Below are positions 1 to 9,528 of a stretch of DNA of 64,000 nt, in pieces (the stretch's first letter is position 1; every line of letters begins with the position of its first letter). A model generated the notes under the pieces. The model worked only from the letters and a program-made list of their open reading frames with translations. It was not told the origin of the DNA and ran no database searches. The stretch comes from a bacterium (GTDB taxonomy: Bacteria; UBA8248; JACPRG01; G963555815): NCBI GenBank assembly GCA_965261595.1, contig CBDHDG010000006.1, forward strand, positions 320,001 through 384,000, read 5' to 3'. Made by a program: the position numbers and the translations under genes.

Positions 1-749
1 GCGGGGGACCGCCGGCAGGAGCTTCTCCATGGCGCGCACCATCACCGCGAACCCTTTCTGCGGCACGAAGCGAGCCGCGCTCGCCAGAACAAACTCATCC
101 GGCGCGGCGCCCAGCTCCGCACGCACGGCCGGCGGAGCGCCGGGTCCGGCGCGGCGAACCGGGCCGTGTCGACGGTGTTGTGTATGACCGTGACCCGGTC
201 CTCCCGGAACCCCAGGAGACGGACGGCGGACCGCTTCGCGTGACGCGAGACGGCGACGGCGTGATGGCAGAGCCGCCTGGCCGTGAACCGGTCCACCCGG
301 AGCCGCTTGCTCTGGTCGTAAAACCCCTTCCAGTCGGGCTCGTACATCGTGTTCTGGATGGAGGTCATGACGGGAACCCGGCCCGCCCCCCCCGCCCACC
401 AGCCCGCCAGGCGGGCGCAGACGTCCGCGTAGAAGAGCTGCGCGTGGACGATATCGGGGCGGCGCTTCCGGATGATCCCGCGGAGACGATAGACGCCCTT
501 CGGGATGTCCCGCGGGCCCGACACCCCGAGCCATTCGGTTTCGACCCCGAGCGCCTCCACTTCCGGTTTCAGATCGTCCGCCGGGAGGACGTAGACGACG
601 CGGCTCTCGACGGCCTCGCCGGCCAGGTAGGCGAGGTCATTGACCAGCCGACGCTCGGCCCCCCCCCGGGAGAGGGACTCGATCACCTGGAGGACGCGCA
701 GGGGGCGGCCCTCCCCCCCCCCTCCCCCTCCTTCGGCCGGCCGGCTCAA
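1..749 (-). CDS. Glycosyltransferase family 4 (runs off window; frameshift near 125-135)
   Basis: N-terminal RVLQVIESLSRGGAERRL, PDIVHAQ and VIHNTVD motifs. An alternate frame below ~130 continues AVRAELGAAPDEFVLASAARFVPQKG, a typical GT4 second domain. Probable TTG start overlaps the asnB stop. Confidence 0.8.
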
Positions 750-2716
750 ACCGCCGCCGGGGCGGCGGCCGGGGTGAGCGGACCGTCGATCATTCGCCGA
801 AACCAGAGCTCCAGATTCATCCAACTCCACAGGGCCAGACGGATATTCTGCTCGCCCCGGCAGTGGCGGTCATATTCGCGGAGAACCGTCTGGTGGTTGA
901 AGAAACCACGCGCGCGGAACGCCTCCGACTCGATGAGATCCCGGACCGTCTCGCGCATATCGGTCTTCAGCCAAAGGTCGGTGGGCGCCATAAAGCCCTT
1001 CTTGTCCGTCCGGGTGCGGATGACCTCCGGCAGGACGCCCCGCATGGCGTTTCGCAGAACGACCTTCGTCCAGCCGTCCCGGATCTTCTGATGGCCCGGC
1101 AGGCCGTAGGCGTATTCCACCAAGCGGTGATCCAGAAACGGAATCCGGGACTCGACGGAGAAGGCCATGCTGTTGCGGTCCTCGAAGTGGAGCCATCCGG
1201 GCACGGGGTAGATCCGCAGGCCCATGTAAGAGCACGTCCGAAGGCCCGAGCCGTCCCGGAGGCTCAGGGTCTCCGGCTCGCCGTGGGTCTTCACAAAATC
1301 GGGATCGAGGACGCCGTGGAAACCCGTCCCGTTCCGTTTGAGGGACCGTTTCAGCCCCTCGGGGGTCCGCAGGCTCGCCAGGACCCGCGCCGCCGACGCA
1401 ACGGCACGTCCGCCCCAGCCCCAGCCGGCGCGCCGGTAGGCGTTCACCTCGCGGGCCAGAGTCCCCCACCGGCCCGCGCCCAGCAGATCGGCGAAATGAT
1501 AGATGAAATCCTGGGGATAACCGTTGAGGAGCTCGTCCCCCCCGTGCCCGCTCAGGAGGACCTTGACGCCCCCGGCGCGGACGGACCGCATGACGTACCA
1601 CTGGGCGAACTGGTTCAGGTTGTGGAAAGGCTCGTCCTGGAACCAGATCAGGTCGGGCAGCAGGCCGAAGAGCTCATCCACCCGGGGGAAGACGTACTGC
1701 GCGTCCGCGCCGGTGTGCTCGACGACCGGATGGATGAATTCCCGCTCATCGTACTTCGGGTCCTCGAAGCAGGAGGAGAACGTCCGCAGCCGGGCCGGAC
1801 GGATCGCCTCCGCCGCCACGCAGGCGATGGAGGAGGAGTCGAGCCCCCCGCTGAGGCAGACGCCGAGCGGGACGTCGCTGCGCAGCCTGAGCCGGACGGC
1901 GTCGCTGAAGATGTCCCGGAAGCGCTCGGCGGCCTCCTCGTCGGTCCCCGGCGAATCGCCGCTTGCCGGGCGCTCGATCTCCCAATACCGCTTGACCTCG
2001 GTCCGGCCGCCCCGGAGGGTGAGAAAGTGTGAGGGCGGGATCTGCCGGATGCCGTCGAAGAACGTCGCGTCGGTGAAATCCATCAGGCCGGACCCGGTGG
2101 CCAGGTACCGATGGATGGTGGGACCGTGCGGCTTTCGCGGAACGTCCGGGTGGAGGAGGATCGACTTGATCTCCGACGCGAAGAGAAAGCGCCGTCCGTC
2201 GTCGAAGTAATAGAAGGGTTTGATGCCGAAGCGGTCGCGCGCGCAGAAGAGCTTCTTTGCGCGGCCGTCCCAGAGGGCGAAGCCCCACATGCCGTTGAAG
2301 CGCTGAAGGCAGTCCTCGCCCCATTCTTCGTAGGCGTGGAGGATGACCTCGGTGTCGCACCGGCTCCGGAAAACGTGCCCCCGGCTTTTGAGCTCCTCCG
2401 CCAGCTCCACATGGTTGTAGATCTCGCCGTTGTAGGCCACCCAGATCGAGCGGTCCTCGTTGCACATGGGCTGGGCGCCGCTTTCGGAGAGATCGATGAT
2501 GCTGAGACGCCGGTTGGCGAGGGCCAGCGGGGCGGAAGAATTGTCAGCGGGCGACGGCCGGGAATGGAATTGCGGGTCACGGACGCCGGTCGGGTCGAGC
2601 AGGATGAAGCCCTCGCCGTCCGGCCCCCGATGGGCGATGGCGTCGTTCATCCGCACCAGCGCCTCCACGTCCACCGGCGCGCCGTCGCGATGATAGATGC
2701 CTACGATTCCGCACAA
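746..2716 (-). CDS. asnB: Asparagine synthase (glutamine-hydrolysing)-like amidotransferase, probably glycan-modifying
   Basis: N-terminal MCGIVG, HRGPDG, RRLSIIDL, NGEIYN, LSGGLDSS and RIPFLD motifs. Confidence 0.95.
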   Translation of the reverse strand: MCGIVGIYHRDGAPVDVEALVRMNDAIAHRGPDGEGFILLDPTGVRDPQFHSRPSPADNSSAPLALANRRLSIIDLSESGAQPMCNEDRSIWVAYNGEIYNHVELAEELKSRGHVFRSRCDTEVILHAYEEWGEDCLQRFNGMWGFALWDGRAKKLFCARDRFGIKPFYYFDDGRRFLFASEIKSILLHPDVPRKPHGPTIHRYLATGSGLMDFTDATFFDGIRQIPPSHFLTLRGGRTEVKRYWEIERPASGDSPGTDEEAAERFRDIFSDAVRLRLRSDVPLGVCLSGGLDSSSIACVAAEAIRPARLRTFSSCFEDPKYDEREFIHPVVEHTGADAQYVFPRVDELFGLLPDLIWFQDEPFHNLNQFAQWYVMRSVRAGGVKVLLSGHGGDELLNGYPQDFIYHFADLLGAGRWGTLAREVNAYRRAGWGWGGRAVASAARVLASLRTPEGLKRSLKRNGTGFHGVLDPDFVKTHGEPETLSLRDGSGLRTCSYMGLRIYPVPGWLHFEDRNSMAFSVESRIPFLDHRLVEYAYGLPGHQKIRDGWTKVVLRNAMRGVLPEVIRTRTDKKGFMAPTDLWLKTDMRETVRDLIESEAFRARGFFNHQTVLREYDRHCRGEQNIRLALWSWMNLELWFRRMIDGPLTPAAAPAAV

Positions 2717-2777
2717 AGTCTTGGGTCTTCCCGATGAGTGTTCCGCGCCGGGGAGGATTCGAGAACGGCCGTCCGGC

Positions 2778-4145
2778 TCAGCCCGAGACGGCCTTTGGAA
2801 GCGCCGCCTCCCGGTGGGCTTCGATCCCCGCCTCGGCCAAAGCCTCCCGCGCGAAGGCCAAATTCTTCTCGACCGCGCCGGCGTTGGGCGCGACGACCTT
2901 CTCCGCCGCCAGGCAAACCCGCCGCATCGCGCCCTCGTTCCGCAGAAGGCGGAGGATCGTCGCGGCCATCTCCTCCCCGGTCTGGACCTGGAGGCCGGGG
3001 TCGGCGGCGAGCAGGATCTCCGTGACCTCCCCCCAGTGGTTCATGTGAGGGCCGAAGAGCAGGGGCCGGCCGTGGACGAGCGGCTCGATGGGGTTGTGGC
3101 CGAACGCCAGCCTCCCCTTGGGAATGATGCTCGCCCCGACGAAATTGACCGTCCCGATCCCGTAGAGGCGGCCCAGCCCGCCGAAGGTGTCCACGATGAT
3201 CACCGCGTCCCGGGGGGCCTCGCCCGCGTCCAGGGCGGTCTGCATCTGATAGTCCAATCCCGCCTTGGAGAAAACCTCATCCAGCTTGAGGGTGTTGCTG
3301 TAATAGCTCGGGGCCATCAGGAGACGGAAACCGGGATGGTGTTCCCGGACGCGCCGGAAGGCGTCCAGGATGACATCGTCCTCTCCCGCCCGGACGCTTC
3401 CGGCGACGAAAACGGGGGCGTCCGGCGGGATGCCCAGCGTCCGGCGCATCCCGCGCCGCTCCCCATCGGAGAGCCGGAGGAATTCCAAATCATACTTCAT
3501 CTCCCCGACCACCTTGATTTTCTCCGGGTCCGCGCCCAGGCGGCGACACCCCTCCGCGTCCGCCTCCGACTTCACGCCGATGCGGTCCAAAAACCGGTGA
3601 AACCTCCGGGGGATGGAGCGCGCGACAATCTCGTGCGCTTCGTAGCCGTGGCTCATAAACCCGCTGAGGAGAACCGTCCGGACCCCGGCCCGTTGGGCCT
3701 CCCGGCACAGGACCGGGTAGCTCATGTTCTCGATGAAAATCAGAACCCGGGGCCGGAGCGTCCGGATCACCCGGCGGACGACGTTTCTCAGGTCCCACGG
3801 ACTGTCGAAGACGAAATCCAGCGCTTTCCTTTTCCTGGAGAACTCGAAGGAGTACCGGTTGTTCGTCGAGAGAACGAGATTGACGTCCGGATACATCTCC
3901 CTCAACCGGTTGACGAGGGTGACGATCTGCGTGTTCTCGCCGCCCGAGAGGGCCTCGAACCAGACTGTGGGGCGCCGCCGGGCAAGCTCCCCGAGCCCCT
4001 TCGGCAGAAACCCCCACCGGCTCCGGAAAAACCTCCGGAAGTAAGGATCCCTCCCGAAAACCACCCGCTTCCAAAAGGTCACGGGGAGGTAGGCGTACGC
4101 CTTGCCGATGAACCTGGCCTCTCGCAGAAGCGCTTTCGGGTTCAA
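2778..4145 (-). CDS. WaaA/Kdo-transferase-like glycosyltransferase (GT30), divergent
   Basis: WFEALSGGE (cf. WxHAxSVGE), GEMKYD, VAGSVRAGE, IVDTFGGL and GHNPIEP..GPHM motifs. Confidence 0.8.
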   Translation of the reverse strand: MNPKALLREARFIGKAYAYLPVTFWKRVVFGRDPYFRRFFRSRWGFLPKGLGELARRRPTVWFEALSGGENTQIVTLVNRLREMYPDVNLVLSTNNRYSFEFSRKRKALDFVFDSPWDLRNVVRRVIRTLRPRVLIFIENMSYPVLCREAQRAGVRTVLLSGFMSHGYEAHEIVARSIPRRFHRFLDRIGVKSEADAEGCRRLGADPEKIKVVGEMKYDLEFLRLSDGERRGMRRTLGIPPDAPVFVAGSVRAGEDDVILDAFRRVREHHPGFRLLMAPSYYSNTLKLDEVFSKAGLDYQMQTALDAGEAPRDAVIIVDTFGGLGRLYGIGTVNFVGASIIPKGRLAFGHNPIEPLVHGRPLLFGPHMNHWGEVTEILLAADPGLQVQTGEEMAATILRLLRNEGAMRRVCLAAEKVVAPNAGAVEKNLAFAREALAEAGIEAHREAALPKAVSG

Positions 4146-4882
4146 TCCTTCCGTCCCCCCCCTCCTCCTCCCTTGCTGTCCCGCTCCAGGGCGGCCGTCC
4201 AGGCCGGCAGGAGGGATTCGGCGATCTCCAAATCGAGCTTCGAGCGCACGTCCACCCGCCCGGAGATCCCCCGGATGGGAACCATCCCCACCCGGTAGCC
4301 CAGACGGTCGCCCCGCTTGATGACCTCTCCCCGGGTCGCGCAGACCATGCCGCTGATCTCCCGGTAAATGGGCTTGCGCGCCGAGCGGGGGGCGTGGCCC
4401 GACTCCCCGATGGGCATGAGCCCCCGGTTGTCCTGAAACCAGAAGCTCGCCGTTTCCTCGAAGGCCACGAACATGGAATCCAGGTCCTGATCCAGAAGCG
4501 TCTCGACGATCCGGTCGATAAGCCCGGGCGGGCGGAACGGGTGCGACACCTCTAACAGAACCGCCACGTCCACGGCCCGGCCCTCGCTCTCCTCGAGCGA
4601 TTCGACGGCGTACTGAAGCACGCGCTCGAGGGGAACATCGGACCCGGCCAATGCCTCCGGCCGCAGAAACGGGGCCTCGGCCCCTTCCCCGCGCGCCAGC
4701 TCAGCCAGATCCGGGTCCTCCGTGCTGACGATGATCCGCTCGACAAGGCGGCTCTGCTTCGCCGCGTCCAGGGTATGGACCAGAAGCGGCTTCCCGCCTA
4801 GCCGCTTCCGGTAGAGGGGCTTGCCCTGAACCGGCACGAGGGCGATCACCTGGCGAGGATGGGGATCAGCGGGCGATGTCAT
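4142..4882 (-). CDS. Acylneuraminate cytidylyltransferase-like protein with degenerate N-terminal motif
   Basis: LGGKPLL, IVSTED, APFLRPEALA and VDV..LDL..AE motifs; lacks IPARGGSKG. Confidence 0.75.
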   Translation of the reverse strand: MTSPADPHPRQVIALVPVQGKPLYRKRLGGKPLLVHTLDAAKQSRLVERIIVSTEDPDLAELARGEGAEAPFLRPEALAGSDVPLERVLQYAVESLEESEGRAVDVAVLLEVSHPFRPPGLIDRIVETLLDQDLDSMFVAFEETASFWFQDNRGLMPIGESGHAPRSARKPIYREISGMVCATRGEVIKRGDRLGYRVGMVPIRGISGRVDVRSKLDLEIAESLLPAWTAALERDSKGGGGGGRKD

Positions 4883-5624
4883 AGATGTGCGCCCCCTCCC
4901 ATTCGGTCAAGACCTTCTCCGCCAGCCACAGGTCGAATTCGTCGTGGATGTCGATGTTGGCCGCCGGGTCGTCATACCACAGGATGTCCACGCGGTCGCC
5001 GACCCGGCGCGGCGGCTCCCCCGTCAGGAGCCGGGCCCGTGTGGCGCAGGCCAGTCCGGTGTCCTCCCGGTAGGTCGGCTTTTTCCCCTGTCGGGAGCCG
5101 TGCCCCGCATATTCGCCCAGGGGCTGAAATCCCCCATCCGGCGCGTCCTTCCAGAAATTCTTGTGCGTCTTCAGGGCGGCGAAGGCCGTGTCGATGGCGG
5201 GGTCTTCCTGAAGGCGCCGGACCACTTCGTCGATCCAGCCGGGGCGCCGGAAGACGTCGGTGGTCTGGAGGTAGACGAGGATCCCCACCTCGGTCCCTTC
5301 GTTTTGCGCGAGCCAGTGGCAGGCGTGGGCGAGGGTGTCTTCGGTGGTGGCGAGATCCGAGGTCAGGTCGACCGTCCGGCCCGCCGGCGTCCGGTGCGTC
5401 TCGGGCCGCAGGAAGGGGGTCTCCGCGCCCCACTCGCGGGCGGCGGCGGCGATCTCTTCGTCGTCCGTGGTGACGATGACCCGCTCGACCCGTTGGGCCT
5501 TGACCGCGGCCTGAACGGTGTGGGCGATGAGGGGCTTGCCGGCCAGGAGCCGGACGTTCTTCCGGGGGAGTCCCTTGGAACCGCCCCGGGCGGGGATGAC
5601 GGCGACGACGGGGCCTTCGGCCAT
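4866..5624 (-). CDS. Acylneuraminate cytidylyltransferase (NeuA/CMAS family)
   Basis: IPARGGSKGLPRKN..LAGKPL, VTTDD, PFLRP and IDIHDEFDL motifs. Confidence 0.9.
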   Translation of the reverse strand: MAEGPVVAVIPARGGSKGLPRKNVRLLAGKPLIAHTVQAAVKAQRVERVIVTTDDEEIAAAAREWGAETPFLRPETHRTPAGRTVDLTSDLATTEDTLAHACHWLAQNEGTEVGILVYLQTTDVFRRPGWIDEVVRRLQEDPAIDTAFAALKTHKNFWKDAPDGGFQPLGEYAGHGSRQGKKPTYREDTGLACATRARLLTGEPPRRVGDRVDILWYDDPAANIDIHDEFDLWLAEKVLTEWEGAHIYDIAR

Positions 5625-5645
5625 TTTCCGCTCCGGCTTTCTACC

Positions 5646-5712
5646 GTAGTGTCTCCAAAATAAATAGACACTTCACAAATTGCGTGAAAGGCGGGCGGGA
5701 TGCCCGCCCTAC
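5646..5712. repeat. GTAG...CTAC small repeated element containing a GTAG-type REP palindrome (second copy 44129-44222)
   Basis: gtagtgtct...gacacttca followed by ggcgggcgggatgcccgccctac; similar sequence at 44129. Confidence 0.65.
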
Positions 5713-5828
5713 TTTTCGCAGTTCGGCAGGCCGGGCATCTGGGTCGGCCGACCCCGCGCCCGGCCGAAAAGGGACCATTCGGGTCTCGATAGCTAAAACC
5801 ATTTCCGAGAGCAAAACCATCGAGGCGC

Positions 5829-5854
5829 GATTCCTCGCCACGCTCGGAATGACA
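5829..5854 (-). repeat. REP-like half repeat ending ggaatgaca
   Basis: gattcctcgccacgctcggaatgaca; related copies at 16121-16148 and 22815-22871. Confidence 0.55.
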
Positions 5855-5901
5855 TGGACAGGGGTATTGCCAGGACCGATAAATCGTTATCCCGCATCCT
5901 G

Positions 5902-6604
5902 CTAGTCGTCGAAGAGGGGTTCCCGGCCGTTGATCAGCTCGATCATCTTCACCACCCGCTCGGCGCGCGCCACGTCCATGGTCTGATGAATTCCGTGGTG
6001 ATGATAGACGCTGGCCTGGGGCTCATAGACAATGTGATAGCCGGCCGCGATGACCTTCTTGGCCCAGTCCCGGTCCTCCACCCCGTTGATCTCCTCATCG
6101 AACGGGATGCGCTCCCAGACGCTTCGGCGAAGCATGGCGTTGGCGTTATGGAAGAAAGAGTCCTTGACCTGGATCTTCCGGTCCAGACCGAAGGTGTTCC
6201 ACAGGTCCCGTTTGTCGAAGGTGTGCGAATCGGGGAGCGGCTCCTGCCGTCCGTAGACGGCCGCCACCTCCGCCGGGCCGAAATTCACGGCCAGCCGGTC
6301 CAGCCACTTGTTGTGGACGGGAACGCAGTGGCCGGACAGGCAGACGAGAAGCTCCCCCCCGGACGCCTCGACGCCCCGGTTGAGGGCCCGGCCGTAGGAA
6401 AACTCGGATTCGCTGATCCCCACAACCTTGCAGTTGAAGTCCCGGACGATGTCCGCTGTCTCGTCATCGGACTCATTGTCCACGATGACGATCTCCCGGT
6501 TGGGATAATCCTGGAGGGTGGCCGCCGTCAGGCAGCGCCGGATCCAGGCCGCTTCGTTTTTTGCCCGGATGATGATCGAGATCAGGGGGGGGGGGGGAGC
6601 TCAT
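5902..6604 (-). CDS. Glycosyltransferase family 2 (ATG separated from the main frame by a poly-C tract)
   Basis: LISIIIRAKNEAAWIRRCL..IVIVDNES, GRALNRG and EDRDWA motifs; ATG at 6604 overlaps the NeuB-like stop. Confidence 0.85.
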
Positions 6605-7623
6605 TCCACCTCCACCAGCCCAAACGTGATGGGCTCGTCCTTGCGGATGTCATAGAGCGCCCGCCGGCCCAGAAGCCTGGGAAGCAGTCGCGGCGTCAAT
6701 CCCCGAAGCGGGGCCTTGGTGGAAAGCATTTCCCGTGTCAGAACCGATCCCCGGGGGATGTCCATCGCCGCCACCACCGACCGGCGCTCATCGTCGAAGG
6801 TATCGAGCTCTTCCGGCAGGACCCGTTTCTCGGCCGCTCCCGAAAGGGCCCGCTCGATCCGCCGGACGGCCTCCACCCAGCGCCGGAGTGGGTCGGGCTC
6901 GGCGCTGAAGGCGTGATCGGCCCCCGGCAGGCGGCGGTCCAGGGTGAGGCGCTTCTGGAGGACCCCCGCCCCCAAGGCCGCCGCGACGGGTCCGGTCAGG
7001 ACGCCGTCCTCATGGTCATCGTACCCGATGGGGCGATCGAACCGGCGGAGCCAGCTCAGCATCTGAAGCCGGCTCTCTTCCGCCGGTGTGGGAAAACACG
7101 CGACGCCGTGCAGAAGCGTGAGGTCGCATCCCTCTAAATGGCGGACGATCTCCGAGACTTCATCGGCGTCGCACGCGCCGGTGGATACATAGAGCGGACG
7201 CCCCCGGGCGGCCAGCGCCTCCAGGAGCGGCTGATCGGTGTTGCATCCCGGGGGGACATAGTAGCCGTCCACCTCGAGGGGATCGAGAAATTCCAGGGAT
7301 TTGAGGTCGTAGGGCGTTCCCCAGAACGCCGCCCGGCCCCGCGCCGCCTCCCGAAGCCGTCCGAAGGCCTCCGCGTCCAGGTCCAGCCTGCGGGCGACTT
7401 CCCGGGCGTTCGTCCCTAACTCGGGAAAGGCGGCGTTCGCCCGCCACAGGGCCTCCCGGCCCGAGGCCGACTCGGGAGAGCGCTTCTGGAAATTCACGGC
7501 GTCGCAGCCGCACTCGACGGCGACCTCCGCAAGTCTGCGGGCTCGCTCGAAATCGCCGTTGTGATTCACCCCGATCTCCGCCGCAAGGATGCGGCGAACA
7601 GGGTCGGATTGGCTATTGATCAT
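6601..7623 (-). CDS. NeuB (N-acetylneuraminate synthase)-family protein with C-terminal SAF/AFP domain; active site looks degenerate
   Basis: AEIGVNHNGD, FQKR, VSTG, GYDDH, LTLDR..PGADH and RRSVVAAMDIPRG motifs. Confidence 0.85.
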   Translation of the reverse strand: MINSQSDPVRRILAAEIGVNHNGDFERARRLAEVAVECGCDAVNFQKRSPESASGREALWRANAAFPELGTNAREVARRLDLDAEAFGRLREAARGRAAFWGTPYDLKSLEFLDPLEVDGYYVPPGCNTDQPLLEALAARGRPLYVSTGACDADEVSEIVRHLEGCDLTLLHGVACFPTPAEESRLQMLSWLRRFDRPIGYDDHEDGVLTGPVAAALGAGVLQKRLTLDRRLPGADHAFSAEPDPLRRWVEAVRRIERALSGAAEKRVLPEELDTFDDERRSVVAAMDIPRGSVLTREMLSTKAPLRGLTPRLLPRLLGRRALYDIRKDEPITFGLVEVE

Positions 7624-7881
7624 ATCTATCGAGGGATGATTCCCGGCTCGGCGAGGGTCCCCGTCCGACCTTCAACGTGATGCGGTCAGGCCAGCCCCCG
7701 GCGCCAAAATCAGGGCGCCATCGGGGCTTTGCGGTGCATGACTCTTCGGAGGTTTTCCCGTCCAATTGGCCCATCCGGCATCAGGCCGTTCAGCGCCCTC
7801 TTATCCACGCATTTGTCTGAAAAACAATACATTCCGCCGGTCGAGGCTGTCAAGGAGGATTTTCCCGCCGGTATGGGCGCG

Positions 7882-9528
7882 TCACAACGCCCCGCGCTTG
7901 AAGCGGGCCCGGACCCGCGCCGTCAGATCCTTGACCTCGGGAACGCCGAATCCGAGGATGAGACCGGTGTAAACCAGAGCCGAGCCCCCGATGACGCCGA
8001 TCAACACGCCCCCCTTCCAAAGTCCCGAGGTCTCCGGCCCGGCCGGCCAGAGCCATTGCAAGAGCAAGGCCGCCGCCCCCATCAGAACCGCCGCGGCGAG
8101 CGAGCGGCGATTCGACGAATTCCAGAAAAACCCTTTGAGCGGAAAAGACGCCCTCAGGAAGTGCACATGCACGCCGACCAGGACGAATTGCCCCAGGACG
8201 TGGGCGATGGGCACGCCGACGTAGCCGAACATCCTCGTGAACAGGAAGTTCCCCGCGATAATGGTCCCCTGCGCCGCGCACAGGCCGATGACGACGACGC
8301 GCGTCTTTCCCAAGGCGTGGTGGGTGTTGGTGAAAAGCATCTTATAGCCCAGGGGAACGAACGCGATGAAGTAGAGGACAAGCGCCCAGGACGTCCGGAA
8401 GGCGGCCTCCGGATCGAAGGCCCCTCGCTGAAGCAGCGTCCCGACGGCCAGACCGCTGACGGCCATCATCCCGATCCCGATGGGGAGAAGGAGCAAAACG
8501 AGCGCGCGCGAGGCCTTGAAGACGAGCGCTTTGAGGTCATCCAGGCGGTCGCCCACCTTCATCCGAACCAGCTCGGGAAAGACCACATTCGGCAGGGGAA
8601 TCGTAAACAGGGCGGAGGCCGCCAGGAAAAGGCGCTCGGCATAGGCCATGGCCGAAAGGCTTCCCGGGGCCAACAGGGAGGCCACGAACCGGGTGGACAA
8701 GGTCTGGCCCTGCGTGAAGGCCGAGCTGATGAAGAACTGAGAGACGCGCCGGAGGGTCTCCCTGAGCTCCGGCCCTCGGAAATCGAGAACGGGCCGGTAG
8801 CGATAGCCCTCCCTCCACAACACCAACCCCAGGGCCGTGAGAAAGGCGGCCGGTCCGGCGAGATTCCCCAGGATCCAGGCATCCAGACCGAGCGACGGCG
8901 CAAGGATCCCCACGCAAAGGACCACGCCCAGCGTCGGCAGGAGACTCAAGGCCGCCGGCAGGACAAACAGATTGAGGGCGTTGAGCGAGATGATCAGCAC
9001 GCCGGAGAGGGTGTGGGAGAGGATGGTGAAGATCAAGAAGCGAAGCATTCGGACGCTTGCCGCCCAGGTGGCCTCATCGAACCCCGCCCCCACGACGCGG
9101 ACGATCCAGGGCGCCAAAACGAATCCCAACGCGGCCAAAACCGCGCAGAGCAAAAGGATGAAATTCAGCAGGCTGTTGAGCAACCGCCAGGCGGCCTCGG
9201 CCGAGACCTCGCGCCGGACCCGGACGAAGATCGGCAGGAAAACGCTCGGCAGGGGACCGCTCTGAAGGAGGTGGGCCAGGACAAGCGGAATCGACTGGGC
9301 CAGAAAGAAGGCGTCGGTGAGCCGCCCCGCCCCGAAGTGATAGGCGATCAGCCCGTTGGAGACGAGTCCGACGGCCGCCCCCAGGCCGGAGATGAACGTC
9401 ACCCCGCCGAAGGAGCGCGCCGCGCGCCAGGGGCGTTCGCCGCCGCCCCCCCCCTCCCCGGCCGCCCCCCCGGTCCCGGACGCTCCGGTCCCGGACGCGA
9501 AAGGATGTTCATCCGGCCGATCCGTCAC
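7882..9528 (-). CDS. MurJ/MviN-like MOP flippase
   Basis: AYHFGAGRLTDAFFLAQSIP, YAERL, VFPEL and QRGAFD motifs; many TM helices; GTG start overlaps the upstream stop. Confidence 0.85.
   Translation of the reverse strand: MTDRPDEHPFASGTGASGTGGAAGEGGGGGERPWRAARSFGGVTFISGLGAAVGLVSNGLIAYHFGAGRLTDAFFLAQSIPLVLAHLLQSGPLPSVFLPIFVRVRREVSAEAAWRLLNSLLNFILLLCAVLAALGFVLAPWIVRVVGAGFDEATWAASVRMLRFLIFTILSHTLSGVLIISLNALNLFVLPAALSLLPTLGVVLCVGILAPSLGLDAWILGNLAGPAAFLTALGLVLWREGYRYRPVLDFRGPELRETLRRVSQFFISSAFTQGQTLSTRFVASLLAPGSLSAMAYAERLFLAASALFTIPLPNVVFPELVRMKVGDRLDDLKALVFKASRALVLLLLPIGIGMMAVSGLAVGTLLQRGAFDPEAAFRTSWALVLYFIAFVPLGYKMLFTNTHHALGKTRVVVIGLCAAQGTIIAGNFLFTRMFGYVGVPIAHVLGQFVLVGVHVHFLRASFPLKGFFWNSSNRRSLAAAVLMGAAALLLQWLWPAGPETSGLWKGGVLIGVIGGSALVYTGLILGFGVPEVKDLTARVRARFKRGAL

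Noticed and set aside
7624..7881. Possible riboswitch upstream of the NeuB-like gene
   Set aside because: GC-rich hairpins only; no recognisable aptamer consensus
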